The notes below the pieces were generated by a model, which was given only the letters and a program-made list of their open reading frames with translations, was not told the origin of the DNA and made no database searches. Position numbers and translations under genes: made by a program. This document shows positions 38,211-48,251 of a stretch of DNA of 64,000 nt, one piece after another. The DNA is taken from NCBI GenBank assembly GCA_964531735.1, contig CAZHGD010000013.1, positions 12,510-76,509 on the forward strand, read 5' to 3'. Every line of letters starts with the position of its first letter. Within the stretch, counting starts at the first letter, position 1. Source of the DNA: an uncultured Fimbriimonadaceae bacterium. GTDB lineage: Bacteria; Armatimonadota; UBA10988.

Positions 38211-41012
38211 ATGAAGTGGTGCGGGTTGTTGTTGCTGGCCCAACTGACGCTGCTGGCCAAGCCAGCTTCACTGTATGTCTCGACCGCCGGGAACGACCGG
38301 TGGTCGGGCAGCCTGGTGGCGCCGAACGCGGCGGGCAGCGACGGGCCGTTCGCGACCCTGGCCCGCGCGCGCGATGCGGTGCGTCAGCTCAAGGCCGCCG
38401 GCCCGCTGCCGCGCGGCGGCGTCACCGTCTGGGTGGCTGGCGGGCTGTATCCGCAGAGCGAGACGCTCAAGCTGAGTGCCAGTGACTCCGGCACCGACGG
38501 CGCGCCGGTGGTCTACCGCGCGTTGCCCGGCGAGCAGCCTCGCCTGCTTGGCGGACGGCCGATCACTGGGTTCAAGCCGCACCAGGGCGCCATCGTCAAG
38601 GCCGAGGTCGCCGGGCAAGGTCTGCACGGCGTGTACTTCCGGCAGTTGTTCATGAACGGGCGGCGGCTGCACCTGGCGCGGTACCCGAACTTCGACCCGC
38701 AGAACCCCTACGGTGGCGGCTGGGCCTATGCCGACGGCAAGCCGGTCCCGATGTACTCGGATCGACCGGGCGAGGACAAGCACTCGCTCCAGTACAAGGC
38801 GGCCGACGCGCGCACCTGGGCCCGGCCCGACGAGGGCGAGGTGTTCGTCTTCCCGCGCTACAACTGGTGGAACAACCTTGTCCGCATCAAGTCGGTCGAC
38901 CGCGAGCAGCGGCGGATCGAGCTGGCGGGCGACTGCTCGTACCCGATCCGACCGACCGATCGCTACTATGTGCGCAATCAGTTCGAGGAGCTGGATGCAC
39001 CCGGCGAGTGGTACCTGGACCGGCGCACCGAGACGCTCTACCTGATTCCGCCGGAGCCGCTGGCGGGCAGCACGGTCTACGCCCCGGCCCTGCGCACCGT
39101 GGTCGAGATGCAGCCCGGCACCAGCAACGTCGTCTTGCGCGGGCTGACCATCGAGTGTGCCGAAGGCCACGGTGTGGTCCTCAACCAGACCAGCGACTGC
39201 ACGGTGGCGGCCTGCACCATCCGCAACGTCGGCGACTACAACGGCAGCGGCGTCGCGGTGAACGGCGGTCGGAACAGCGGCGTGCTGGGCTGCGACATCT
39301 ACGAGGTCGGCCGTGACGGCGTCTCGCTCAGCGGTGGTGACCGGGTCACGTTGACGCCGGCCAACAACTATGCGGACAACAACTACATCCACCATGTCGG
39401 TGTGTTCTACAAGCAGGGAGTGGGCGTGGCGATGTGGGGCTGCGGCCTGCGCGCGGCCCACAACCTGATCCACGACGGGCCGCGCATGGGCATCATGTTC
39501 AGCGGCAACAACCTGCTGCTCGAGTACAACCACATCCGCCACGTCAACCTGGAGACCGAGGACACCGGCGCGATCTACACGGGCGGGCGCGACTGGATCT
39601 CCTCGCGCGGTACGGTGGTCCGCTACAACTACTTCCACGACATCCTGGGCTACGGCCAGATGAACGGCAGATGGGTCTCGCCGCATTTCGCGTGGGGGGT
39701 CTACCTGGACGACAACGCCGGCGGCGTGGATGTCATCGGCAACATCATCGCGCGCTGCCCCCGGGCGGCGATCCACCTCCACAACGGGCGCGACAACCTG
39801 ATGGAGAACAACATCCTCGTGGATTCGGGGATGCAGCAGTTGGAGATGAACGGCTGGACCAACAAGCACCCGTACTGGATCAGCCACCTGCCCACGATGG
39901 TCAAGGGTTATGAATCGGTCGTCAGCCAGCCCGCCTGGCGCGGCATGCGGAACATGGGTCTGCATCCGCGGCTGGCGGTGCTGCCGGACGGGCTGATCAT
40001 GACCGGCAACGTGTTCCGCCGGAATATCCTCGCTTCGCAGCGCCCGAAGGCGCGGCTGTACCGGTTCAACAACGTGCCGTTCGACCACTACGAGAGCGAC
40101 CGCAACCTGATCTACGCCGGAGGCCGACCGCTGATCATCGATGGCCTGCGCGGTGTGGCGGCCGACGAGCACTGGGCCGAGTGGCAGCGGCGGGGCAAGG
40201 ACCAGCACTCCATCGTGGCCGACCCGCGGTTCGTCGACGCGGCGGCCGACGACTACCGGCTGGCCGACGACTCGCCGGCGCGGCAGATCGGGTTCAAGCG
40301 CATCCCGGTCGAGCAGATCGGACCGCAGGCGCTGCCGCTCCGCGCCACGTGGCCGATTGTCGAGGCCGAAGGCGCGCGCGAGAAGCCGCTGGGCGCCGCG
40401 CACCCCGAACAGATCGGCCCGCCGCCGGCCAGACCGCGGTACGAGCAGCCGTTCACGGTGCCGCGCCTGCCGCAGCCGCCGGGTGAAGCCGAGCTGGCCG
40501 GCGCCCTGGCGCTCAGTGTGCGCGAGACTCCGGACCGCAACCACATCGCCGGCCAGGCCTGCGCGGCCAAGGTTGGCCACGACGGACAGCAGCTCTACAT
40601 CGAGTTGGTCGTGCCGGCCACGGCGGCGAAGCTGCGGCGCGGTGAGCACTGGGGGCAGGACGACGGCGCGGAGGTGTGCCTCCAGCGTCTGGACGGCAAG
40701 CGGGGCGGGCCGGTGTTCGTGCTGCACGGGTTCCTGACCGGACGCTGCGAGAGCGTCACCGACGCCGGTGCCGCGCCCGCCGAAGCGGCGGCGATGGGCC
40801 GGGCGGTGCAGTTCACCGCCACCGTCCGCGCCGACGGCTGGATTGGCCGTTGGGCCGTGCCGCTGGCCGCCCTTGGGGCCAAGCCGGGCGGTCAGTTGGC
40901 GTTCAACCTCGGCGTGCGGCGCACCGAGGCCGATGAGTGGGTCTGCTGGGCCGGCGCGCTGGGCCAGACGTGGCGCGTCGAGAACGCCGGCGTGCTGCTC
41001 TTGCAGCCGTAG
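38211..41012 (+). CDS. Secreted right-handed parallel beta-helix (pectin-lyase-fold) protein with a C-terminal CBM9-like domain
   Basis: Signal peptide MKWCGLLLLAQLTLLAKPA after GGAGAAGG. Repeated beta-helix turns (NVVLRGLTIECAEGHGVVLNQTSDCTVAACTIRNVG..., NLLLEYNHIRHV...). Good GC3. Confidence 0.75.
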   Translation: MKWCGLLLLAQLTLLAKPASLYVSTAGNDRWSGSLVAPNAAGSDGPFATLARARDAVRQLKAAGPLPRGGVTVWVAGGLYPQSETLKLSASDSGTDGAPVVYRALPGEQPRLLGGRPITGFKPHQGAIVKAEVAGQGLHGVYFRQLFMNGRRLHLARYPNFDPQNPYGGGWAYADGKPVPMYSDRPGEDKHSLQYKAADARTWARPDEGEVFVFPRYNWWNNLVRIKSVDREQRRIELAGDCSYPIRPTDRYYVRNQFEELDAPGEWYLDRRTETLYLIPPEPLAGSTVYAPALRTVVEMQPGTSNVVLRGLTIECAEGHGVVLNQTSDCTVAACTIRNVGDYNGSGVAVNGGRNSGVLGCDIYEVGRDGVSLSGGDRVTLTPANNYADNNYIHHVGVFYKQGVGVAMWGCGLRAAHNLIHDGPRMGIMFSGNNLLLEYNHIRHVNLETEDTGAIYTGGRDWISSRGTVVRYNYFHDILGYGQMNGRWVSPHFAWGVYLDDNAGGVDVIGNIIARCPRAAIHLHNGRDNLMENNILVDSGMQQLEMNGWTNKHPYWISHLPTMVKGYESVVSQPAWRGMRNMGLHPRLAVLPDGLIMTGNVFRRNILASQRPKARLYRFNNVPFDHYESDRNLIYAGGRPLIIDGLRGVAADEHWAEWQRRGKDQHSIVADPRFVDAAADDYRLADDSPARQIGFKRIPVEQIGPQALPLRATWPIVEAEGAREKPLGAAHPEQIGPPPARPRYEQPFTVPRLPQPPGEAELAGALALSVRETPDRNHIAGQACAAKVGHDGQQLYIELVVPATAAKLRRGEHWGQDDGAEVCLQRLDGKRGGPVFVLHGFLTGRCESVTDAGAAPAEAAAMGRAVQFTATVRADGWIGRWAVPLAALGAKPGGQLAFNLGVRRTEADEWVCWAGALGQTWRVENAGVLLLQP

Positions 41013-41027
41013 GCCAAGGAGGGCTCT

Positions 41028-42278
41028 GTGCCCAGACCACGCCTGGCGCCACCGCCGGCCTGGCAGTGCTACGACTGCCATACCAGCGGGCAATGCTGTC
41101 AGGGCTACTTCGAGGTCGCGGTGACCGAGGCCGAGCGCGAGCGGATCTTGCAGCAGGGCTGGGCCGCCCTGCCGGAGTACGCCGGGCAGGCGCTGGTGGT
41201 CCCGCGCCATGGCGGTTGGGTACTGGCCAACCGCGCCGATGGCGCCTGCGTGTTCCACGGCGAGGACGGTTTGTGCCGCATCCACGCGCGCTTCGGCGAG
41301 CCGGCCAAGCCGTTGGCCTGCCGGCTGTACCCGTTCGTCTTCGTGCCGGCCGGCGACGAGGTCCGCGTCGACCTGCGCTTCGATTGCCCGTCGGTCGCGG
41401 GCAGCCGTGGGCGTGAGCTGCCGCAGCACGTCGGCGAGCTGAAGCAGTTGCTGGCGCAGGCCGTGCCCACCAAGGGGTTCCGGCCGAGCACCACGGCGCG
41501 CCTGGCCGTGGGCGTGGACGTGGCCTGGGCGGTGGTGCGGCAGGTCACGCAGGCGCTCGAGACGGTGCTGGACGACATCTCGTTGAGCATGGTGCAGCGC
41601 GTCCTGACCGTGTCGGCGGTCGCGGCGATGCTGCCGGCGCTCCCGCTGGACCAGGTCGCCGCGGGCAGCGTGCCCGAGATGATGACGGTGCTGATCGCCT
41701 CGTGCATGGCCGAAGCGCTGTCGCCCGACAGCGCAGTGGCGCCACCGACGCGGATGGTGCGGTTGCTGTTCCGACAGATGGTCGGCCTCTACGGCCGCGC
41801 CGACCGGCTGAGCCAGCCGCCGCGCGTCGGCGCGCGGTTGGCGGCCTCACTACGGCTGGCCGTGGGACGCGGGCTGTTTCCCCGGATCCGGCCCGACTTC
41901 CCGGCGGTGAGCTTCGCCGCGGTGGAGGCGACCGCGGCCGATCTGGATCAGCACGGGTCGGAGGCCGTGTCGCGCTACTACCGGACCAAGCTGAACAGCC
42001 TGGGCTTCTTCGGCCCGGGGTTCTACGGCGAGACATACCAAGGCGGACTGGCGGCACTGTGCCTGACCTATCCAATCCTCCTGTGGTATGCGCGGTTGTT
42101 CGCCGCTGGCGAGGGCCTGGCGGCGCCTGACGAGGCGGCGGTGGTCAGGGCGATCCAGGTGGTGGACCGCAACCACGGTCGCACCCCGCTGCTGGACACG
42201 CGCACCGAACGAGCGCGGCGCCAGCAACTGAGCGGGTTCGAGGTGCTGCGCTCGCTGCTCGCGGCCCAGCGCTGTTGA
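41028..42278 (+). CDS. YkgJ-family (CxxCxxCC) cysteine-cluster protein, Fe/Zn-chelating domain
   Basis: QCYDCHTSGQCCQGYFEV...GACVFHGEDGLCRIH...CRLYPF. AAGGAGGG sits 4 nt upstream of the GTG at 41028. Confidence 0.7.
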   Translation: MPRPRLAPPPAWQCYDCHTSGQCCQGYFEVAVTEAERERILQQGWAALPEYAGQALVVPRHGGWVLANRADGACVFHGEDGLCRIHARFGEPAKPLACRLYPFVFVPAGDEVRVDLRFDCPSVAGSRGRELPQHVGELKQLLAQAVPTKGFRPSTTARLAVGVDVAWAVVRQVTQALETVLDDISLSMVQRVLTVSAVAAMLPALPLDQVAAGSVPEMMTVLIASCMAEALSPDSAVAPPTRMVRLLFRQMVGLYGRADRLSQPPRVGARLAASLRLAVGRGLFPRIRPDFPAVSFAAVEATAADLDQHGSEAVSRYYRTKLNSLGFFGPGFYGETYQGGLAALCLTYPILLWYARLFAAGEGLAAPDEAAVVRAIQVVDRNHGRTPLLDTRTERARRQQLSGFEVLRSLLAAQRC

Positions 42279-42309
42279 CACGAGGCGGCCGTTCGTCGCC
42301 GCCGGAAGG

Positions 42310-43398
42310 ATGACGAGCAGTATGGGTACGTTCTACGACGACGCGGACGCTGCGCAGACCGGGCTGGTGCAGCGCGGCACGGACGACCGCCAGCACCTGC
42401 TGCGGGCCGAGGCGGAGGACTGGCTGCGCGCCGAGTGCGAGGCCATTGTCGAGCGCCGCCCGCAGCTCTGGCGGCCCGACTACCGCAGCATCGACGCTTT
42501 CCTGGCCAGTGTCGAGCCCAACCGGCAGCGCTGGTTGCAGGCCGTCGGTGACTTCGGGCCGGAGTGCGACGACGGCGAGCCGGAGATCGAGCCGTTCCTC
42601 GACAACGACGAGCTGGAAGCCTGCTGGATCACCTGGCCCTGGCGCCGCAACTACCGCATGCGTGGCATTCTCGCTGTGCCCAAGCACCGGAGCGGTCGCC
42701 TGCCGCTGGTCATCTGCCAGCACGGCATCGGCAGCACGCCCGAGCACACCTTCGGCTTCCTCGACAACTCGTGGGCCTACCGTGGCTTCGCGCGGCGGCT
42801 CGTCGGCGACGGGTTCGCGGTGTTCTCACCGATGCACGTCACCACCGGACCGGCGCGCGGCCGGCTGGAGCGCCTGGCGCTGATGCTCGGCGGCAAGCTC
42901 TGGGGCATTGAGATGAACCAGTTGTCGCGGATGCTCGACCGCCTGCTCGTGCGGCCCGAGATCGATCCCGAGCGCGTCGGCATGTGGGGGCTGAGCCTCG
43001 GCGGCGCCTACACGCTGATGACCATGCCCATCGAGCCGCGCATCAAGGTCGGCGTGTCGGCCGCCTGGTTCAACCACCGCGTCCGCAAGATGGTGGTCGA
43101 TGACCCGCGGCATAGCTGCTTTCTGTCGGTCAATGAGGACCACGTCTTCATCCCCGGCTGGCTGCGTGAGTTCAGCGACTCGGACCTGTGCGCGCTGATT
43201 GCGCCGCGGGCGTTCATGAGCCAGACCGGGAAGTGCGACGGCATCTCCTGGTGGCCGTGGGTGGCCGAGGAGTTCGAGGCGTCCAAGGCGCACTACGACA
43301 AGCTCGGCCTCGGCGAGCGGATTCGCCTCGACCTGCACGAAGGCGGGCACGAGATCCACTACGAGGCCGGCCTGGCCTTCCTGCGCCAGTGGCTGTGA
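42310..43398 (+). CDS. Alpha/beta-hydrolase-fold esterase (putative carbohydrate esterase)
   Basis: Nucleophile elbow GLSLGG. Dienelactone-hydrolase/acetyl-esterase-like topology. It lies within the CAZyme island. Confidence 0.75.
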   Translation: MTSSMGTFYDDADAAQTGLVQRGTDDRQHLLRAEAEDWLRAECEAIVERRPQLWRPDYRSIDAFLASVEPNRQRWLQAVGDFGPECDDGEPEIEPFLDNDELEACWITWPWRRNYRMRGILAVPKHRSGRLPLVICQHGIGSTPEHTFGFLDNSWAYRGFARRLVGDGFAVFSPMHVTTGPARGRLERLALMLGGKLWGIEMNQLSRMLDRLLVRPEIDPERVGMWGLSLGGAYTLMTMPIEPRIKVGVSAAWFNHRVRKMVVDDPRHSCFLSVNEDHVFIPGWLREFSDSDLCALIAPRAFMSQTGKCDGISWWPWVAEEFEASKAHYDKLGLGERIRLDLHEGGHEIHYEAGLAFLRQWL

Positions 43399-43413
43399 GG
43401 CCGTGGCCCGCAG

Positions 43414-44490
43414 TCAGATGACGTAGTCCTCGACGAACACGCGGGTCTCGCGGAGGCCGACGTAGACGACATCGGCCACCGCGAGACCCAGTGCCGCCGC
43501 CTGCTCGTGCGAGAGCTGCGCCTGGATGCTCTGGCCGGACTCGTCAGTCAGTTCGCAGCGGACCACCGGTCCGGCCGACTGGATGCGCTGCACGCGAGCC
43601 CGGAACGACGGCCGGCCGTTGGGCGCGCGGCTGATGGCGATGTCGTGTGGCCGCACCACCAACTGCGCCGGCTGACCATCGGCCGCGTTGGTCTGCGGCG
43701 CCTCGATGACGACCGAGCCGAACACGGCCTTGCCCTGTTCGACACGGCCATGGAACAGGTTGACGCTGCCGAGGAACTCGGCCACGAACGGCGTCGCCGG
43801 ATGGTGGAAGATCTCGTCGGGCGAGCCGACTTGCTCGATGCGGCCGTGGTTCATCACCACCACGCGGTCGGCCACTTCGAGAGCCTCCTCCTGGTCGTGC
43901 GTCACGAACACGCTGGTCATGCGCAGCTCGTCGTGCAGGCGCCGCAGCCAGCGCCGCAGCTCGGCGCGCACCTTGGCGTCCAAGGCGCCGAAGGGCTCGT
44001 CGAGCAGCAGCACGTTCGGCTGCACCGCCAGGGCGCGTGCCAGGGCCACCCGCTGACGCTGGCCGCCCGAAAGCTGGGCGGGCAGTCGCCGGCCGAGACC
44101 CTCCATCTGGATCAGCTTGAGCAACTCGTCCACCCGGGCGCGGATCTCGGCTGGCGCAGGGCGGTCGCGCCGCGGCTTCACGCGCAGGCCGAAGGCGATG
44201 TTCTCCGCCACGCTGAGGTGCCGGAACAGCGCGTAGTGCTGGAACACGAAGCCGACCCGACGGGCGCCGACGGCCTGGCCGGTGACCTCCTGACCGCCGA
44301 ACAGCACCGCGGCATCGGGATTCGGGTCTGGTGCCTCCAGGCCGGCGATGATGCGGAGCAAGGTGGTCTTGCCGCAACCAGACGGACCCAGCAACGCCAC
44401 CAACTCGCCGTCCGGAACGGCCAGACTGACGTTGTCGAGCGCCTGCATGGCGCCGAACCGCTTGCTGATCTGGCGAACCTCAATGCTCAT
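43414..44490 (-). CDS. cysA: Sulfate/thiosulfate ABC transporter ATP-binding protein
   Basis: Walker [10 protein letters not shown]. Signature [15 protein letters not shown]. Walker [13 protein letters not shown]-terminal TOBE-like domain. ATG at 44490 follows GGGAGGA. Confidence 0.9.
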   Translation of the reverse strand: MSIEVRQISKRFGAMQALDNVSLAVPDGELVALLGPSGCGKTTLLRIIAGLEAPDPNPDAAVLFGGQEVTGQAVGARRVGFVFQHYALFRHLSVAENIAFGLRVKPRRDRPAPAEIRARVDELLKLIQMEGLGRRLPAQLSGGQRQRVALARALAVQPNVLLLDEPFGALDAKVRAELRRWLRRLHDELRMTSVFVTHDQEEALEVADRVVVMNHGRIEQVGSPDEIFHHPATPFVAEFLGSVNLFHGRVEQGKAVFGSVVIEAPQTNAADGQPAQLVVRPHDIAISRAPNGRPSFRARVQRIQSAGPVVRCELTDESGQSIQAQLSHEQAAALGLAVADVVYVGLRETRVFVEDYVI

Positions 44491-45368
44491 GGCAACGGTC
44501 CTCCCGCGGCGGCGTCGTTGCGCACCCGCCACAGCACCAGGCTCTTCAGCACCAGCGTCACCAGCGCCAGGACACAGAGCAGCGACGCGACCGCGAAGGC
44601 CGCCACGAAGTTGTACTCATTGTAGAGTATCTCGATGTGCAAGGGCATGGTATTGGTCTTCAGGCGGATATGGCCGGAGACGACCGAGACGGCGCCGAAC
44701 TCGCCCATGGCGCGCGCGTTGCAGAGGATCACGCCGTAGAGCAAGGCCCACTTGATGTTCGGCACGGTGACGCGCCAGAAGGTCTGCCAGCCATTGGCGC
44801 CGAGGACGACGGCGGCTTCCTCCTCCTCCGTGCCTTGCGACTCCATCAGTGGGATCAGCTCGCGGGCCACCAAGGGCACCGAGACGAAGAGGGTGGCCAG
44901 GACGATGGCCGGGGTGTTGAACAGGACGCGGTAGCCATGCTGCTGCAGCCAGGGGCCGAACCAGCCGAGGCGGCCGAAGAGCAAGACGAACAACATGCCT
45001 GCCACGACTGGCGAGACCGCGAACGGCAGGTCGATCAGCGTGACCAGAACGCTGCGGCCCCAGAAGCGGAACTTGCCCACGGCCCAGGCGGCGGCGAGCC
45101 CGAACAAGACGTTGAGCGGTACGACCACCGCCGCGGTGGTCAAGGTCAGCCGGATGGCGGCCCGGGCGGCCGGATCGGCGAAGCTGCGGAGATAGGCGTG
45201 GAGCCCTTGCCGCAGCGCTTCGGTGAACACGGCCAGCAGCGGGAGCACCAGGAACAGCAGCAGGAAGGTGAGCGCCACCAAGGTCAGGAGGCAACGGACC
45301 CAGCCCGGTTCAGTGATGGCACCTGGCGTAGCCTCACCTGACAGATGGCGGTCGATGGCCTGGGCCAT
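44487..45368 (-). CDS. cysW: Sulfate ABC transporter permease
   Basis: Six TM helices. Permease EAA-like loop [28 protein letters not shown]. Confidence 0.9.
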   Translation of the reverse strand: MAQAIDRHLSGEATPGAITEPGWVRCLLTLVALTFLLLFLVLPLLAVFTEALRQGLHAYLRSFADPAARAAIRLTLTTAAVVVPLNVLFGLAAAWAVGKFRFWGRSVLVTLIDLPFAVSPVVAGMLFVLLFGRLGWFGPWLQQHGYRVLFNTPAIVLATLFVSVPLVARELIPLMESQGTEEEEAAVVLGANGWQTFWRVTVPNIKWALLYGVILCNARAMGEFGAVSVVSGHIRLKTNTMPLHIEILYNEYNFVAAFAVASLLCVLALVTLVLKSLVLWRVRNDAAAGGPLP

Positions 45369-45372
45369 GGGG

Positions 45373-46200
45373 CTACCCTCCGGTGCCCAGCCGGCGGCTG
45401 CACGTCCATTGCAGCAGGTTGATGGCCAGCAGCAGTGCGAACGAGCAGAGCAACATCGCCACGCCGATGGCGGTGGCGCCGAGGTAGTCGTACTGCTCCA
45501 GCTTGGTGATGATCAGCAGTGGCGTGATCTCGGTGCGCATGGGCATGTTGCCGGCGATGAACACCACCGAGCCATACTCGCCCACAGCTCGCGCGAAGGC
45601 CAGGGCAAAGCCGGTCAGCAGGGCGGGGAGCAGCGCCGGCAGCAGGACGCGCCGGACGGTCTGCCAGCGGCCGGCCCCAAGGCTGGCCGCCGCCTCCTCG
45701 ACCTCGGGCTCGATGTCTTCGAGCGCAGGCTGTACCGTGCGCACCACGAACGGCAGGCCGATGAAGGTCAACGCCACCGCAATGCCCAGCGGCGTGAAGG
45801 CCACCTTCAGGCCGACGTGGGCCAGATGGTGCCCGATCCAGCCGTTCGGGCTGTAGAGGGTCGTGAGTGCGATGCCGGAAACGGCCGTCGGTAACGCGAA
45901 CGGCAGGTCGACCAAGGCGTCGACGAGCCGCTTCAGGGGGAACCGGTAACGGACCAGCACCCAGGCGACGATGGTGCCGAAGACCGCGTTGGTACCGGCG
46001 GCGGCCAGCGCGGCACCGAAGGTCAGCCGATAGCTGGCCAGGACGCGTGGGTGCGTGGTGGCCTCCCACCAGGCTGCCCAGCCGCCGCCGGCGGCCCTGC
46101 TGAACAGGGCCGCCAGCGGCAGCAGGACGAGGAACCCCAGGTAGGCCACGGTGTAGCCCATGGACAGCCCGAAGCCTGGCAGGACCCGAGAGCGTGACAT
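45373..46200 (-). CDS. cysT: Sulfate ABC transporter permease
   Basis: EAAASLGAGRWQTVRRVLLPALLPALLTG is an EAA motif within a six-TM permease. Confidence 0.9.
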   Translation of the reverse strand: MSRSRVLPGFGLSMGYTVAYLGFLVLLPLAALFSRAAGGGWAAWWEATTHPRVLASYRLTFGAALAAAGTNAVFGTIVAWVLVRYRFPLKRLVDALVDLPFALPTAVSGIALTTLYSPNGWIGHHLAHVGLKVAFTPLGIAVALTFIGLPFVVRTVQPALEDIEPEVEEAAASLGAGRWQTVRRVLLPALLPALLTGFALAFARAVGEYGSVVFIAGNMPMRTEITPLLIITKLEQYDYLGATAIGVAMLLCSFALLLAINLLQWTCSRRLGTGG

Positions 46201-46208
46201 GGCGGCCC

Positions 46209-47378
46209 TCAGGACTTCCGGTCGGCCGGTGTGTTCTGCTGGGCCGCCGGCTGGTAGATGCTGTCGAAGATGCCGCCGTCGGCGAAGTGCACCTTCTGCG
46301 CCTGCTTCCAGCCGCCGAAGACTTCGTCAATCGTGAACAGATCGAGCTTCTGGAACCGCGCGGCGTCGGCCGGCTCGGCCTGCTCCGGATGGCGTGGCCG
46401 GTAGTAGTGCTTGGCCGCGATCCTCTGGCCGGTGGCCGAATAGAGGAAGTCGAGGTAGCCCCTGGCGACGGCTGCGGTGCCTTTGCGCTCGACCACCTTG
46501 TCGACCACGGCCACCGACGGCTCAGCCAGGATGCTGACGCTGGGGGCGACGATCTCGAACTTGTCCTGGCCCAGTTCGTTGATCGACAGGTAGGCCTCGT
46601 TCTCCCAGGCCAGCAGCACATCGCCCAGCTCGCGCTGCACAAACGTGGTGGTCGAGCCGCGAGCGCCGGAGTCCAGCACGGGTACGTGCTGGAACAGCTT
46701 CGCCACGAAGTCCTTGGCCTTCGCCTCCGCCTGCTGCACAGCGGCGGCGGCGGCGGGGTCGTTGACCTTCTTCAGGTCACGCAGTTCGCGCTGGAGCACG
46801 TAGCCCCAGGCGGCCAGGTAGCTCCACCGCGCGCCGCCCGAGGTCTTCGGGTTCGGCGTGATCACCTGCACGCCGTCCTTGACCAGGTCGGGCCAGTCCT
46901 TGATCTGCTTGGGATTGCCCTTGCGGACGAGGAAAACGATGGTGGAGGTGTAGGGGGCGCTGTTGTTGGGCAGCTTGGCCTGCCAGTCGGCGGACAGCAA
47001 CTGCGCCTTGTCGGCGATGCTGTCGATGTCGTAGGACAAGGCCAGCGTGACCACGTCGGCCTCGAGTCCATCGATCACGGCGCGCGCCTGCTTGCCCGAG
47101 CCGCCATGCGACTGCTCGATCTCCACAGACTGGCCGGTCTTGGTCGCCCAGTCCTTGACAAACGCCTCGTTGATGTCCTTGTAGAGCTCGCGAGTCGGGT
47201 CGTAAGACACGTTCAGCAGCTTGACCGGGCCGGTCGTGGATGCGCCGCCGGACGTGCCGGCCGCGGCGACCTTGCCCGGCGGCGCAGGCGCTTGGCTCGG
47301 GCGGCTGCAGCCCAGCAGGAGGATATAGGTCAGCGCCACCCCCGCGGTCAGCCACGCAATCCATCGGCGATCCATCAT
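46209..47378 (-). CDS. sbp: Sulfate/thiosulfate-binding periplasmic lipoprotein
   Basis: Lipobox LLLGCS. Sbp/CysP-like block [10 protein letters not shown]...[25 protein letters not shown]. Confidence 0.88.
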   Translation of the reverse strand: MMDRRWIAWLTAGVALTYILLLGCSRPSQAPAPPGKVAAAGTSGGASTTGPVKLLNVSYDPTRELYKDINEAFVKDWATKTGQSVEIEQSHGGSGKQARAVIDGLEADVVTLALSYDIDSIADKAQLLSADWQAKLPNNSAPYTSTIVFLVRKGNPKQIKDWPDLVKDGVQVITPNPKTSGGARWSYLAAWGYVLQRELRDLKKVNDPAAAAAVQQAEAKAKDFVAKLFQHVPVLDSGARGSTTTFVQRELGDVLLAWENEAYLSINELGQDKFEIVAPSVSILAEPSVAVVDKVVERKGTAAVARGYLDFLYSATGQRIAAKHYYRPRHPEQAEPADAARFQKLDLFTIDEVFGGWKQAQKVHFADGGIFDSIYQPAAQQNTPADRKS

Positions 47379-47420
47379 GCTCTCCTGGCGACATCCCGAA
47401 GGTCGAGATTGTCGAGCTTG

Positions 47421-47460
47421 TTGATAAAGATAGTGTCTTCCTGGGCCGTTGACGTGTCAA
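47421..47460. promoter_or_regulatory. Candidate regulatory region upstream of the sbp-cysTWA operon: AT-rich TTGATAAAGATAGTGTC plus palindrome TTGACGTGTCAA
   Basis: This is the only AT-rich patch in the 260-bp divergent intergenic region. The 12-bp perfect palindrome is at 47449-47460. Confidence 0.3.
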
Positions 47461-47636
47461 GACGAGGCGCCGGGGCCGGGGGCGGGCCGGACTCGTCGCT
47501 CCGGGTGCAGCCTGGTCGGCACGGCGGCCAGGGCCGACATGGCGTGGACAAGGCGGTAGGAGGCCGCGGCGGGGCGGGGAAGCACACGGCGGCGGCGGGG
47601 CCGGCTTTGTGGTAACGTCTCGGTGGAGCGCCTTGG

Positions 47637-48203
47637 ATGTCGTGGATCGTGCTGCTGGACGTGCTGGTGGTGGCCGCGCTGGTCTGGCTGATTCTGCGGT
47701 GGGCGGCGGACACCGGGTCTCGCCAGCAGGCGCGCCGGTGGGCGCGCGTGGCGCAGCGGCGCGCACCGGTGCGTGGTCGGGAGACGCCGTACGCAGGCGT
47801 GGTGCGTCACCTCGATGAACAGATCGGGGTGCTGTTGACCGAGCGCCGGCGCATCGAGGCCCTGCTGACCCGCGGGCGCAATCTGAGAGGGATGATGCAA
47901 CGGTCGCCGCAGTTGCGGTTGCGCGTGCCCAGTGTCGATCGTGTCCTCGACTACCTGACCGACAAGGGCCAGCGGATCGACGCGCTGATGGGACGCTACT
48001 ACCAGCACCGTGACAACCTGAAGATCCTGATGGCCGCGGAAGACTTCAACCGCGACCTGGAGGCGTACGAGGCCGGCAGCAGCGCCACCGACCCGTACGG
48101 GCCGTTCGAGGTGGAGACCGAAGCGCTGGATGAGGAGACTGAGCGCCTCTTGGCGGTGGCCGAGGCCGAAGCCGAACTGAACACGATGTTGCGGACCGGG
48201 TGA
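47637..48203 (+). CDS. Hypothetical membrane-anchored coiled-coil protein (188 aa)
   Basis: N-terminal TM helix MSWIVLLDVLVVAALVWLIL. Good GC3. RBS GGAG. It lies 48 nt upstream of the GAF/PAS kinase gene. Confidence 0.55.
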   Translation: MSWIVLLDVLVVAALVWLILRWAADTGSRQQARRWARVAQRRAPVRGRETPYAGVVRHLDEQIGVLLTERRRIEALLTRGRNLRGMMQRSPQLRLRVPSVDRVLDYLTDKGQRIDALMGRYYQHRDNLKILMAAEDFNRDLEAYEAGSSATDPYGPFEVETEALDEETERLLAVAEAEAELNTMLRTG

Positions 48204-48251
48204 CCTGGTCGGCGACTTCCGGCGCGGCTCAAGAAGCCGGCCGAGTGGCCG

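Noticed and set aside
38268-41429. 1053-aa minus-strand ORF
   Set aside because: Antisense to the beta-helix protein and YkgJ genes. The translation is Arg/Gly/Pro-rich with no motifs.
43507-47766. Several ORFs of 300-470 aa on both strands overlapping cysA/W/T and sbp (for example 43507..44625 +, 45284..46642 -, 46194..47615 +, 46777..47766 -)
   Set aside because: All are out of frame or antisense to the clearly recognisable sulfate ABC transporter genes. All are low-complexity.
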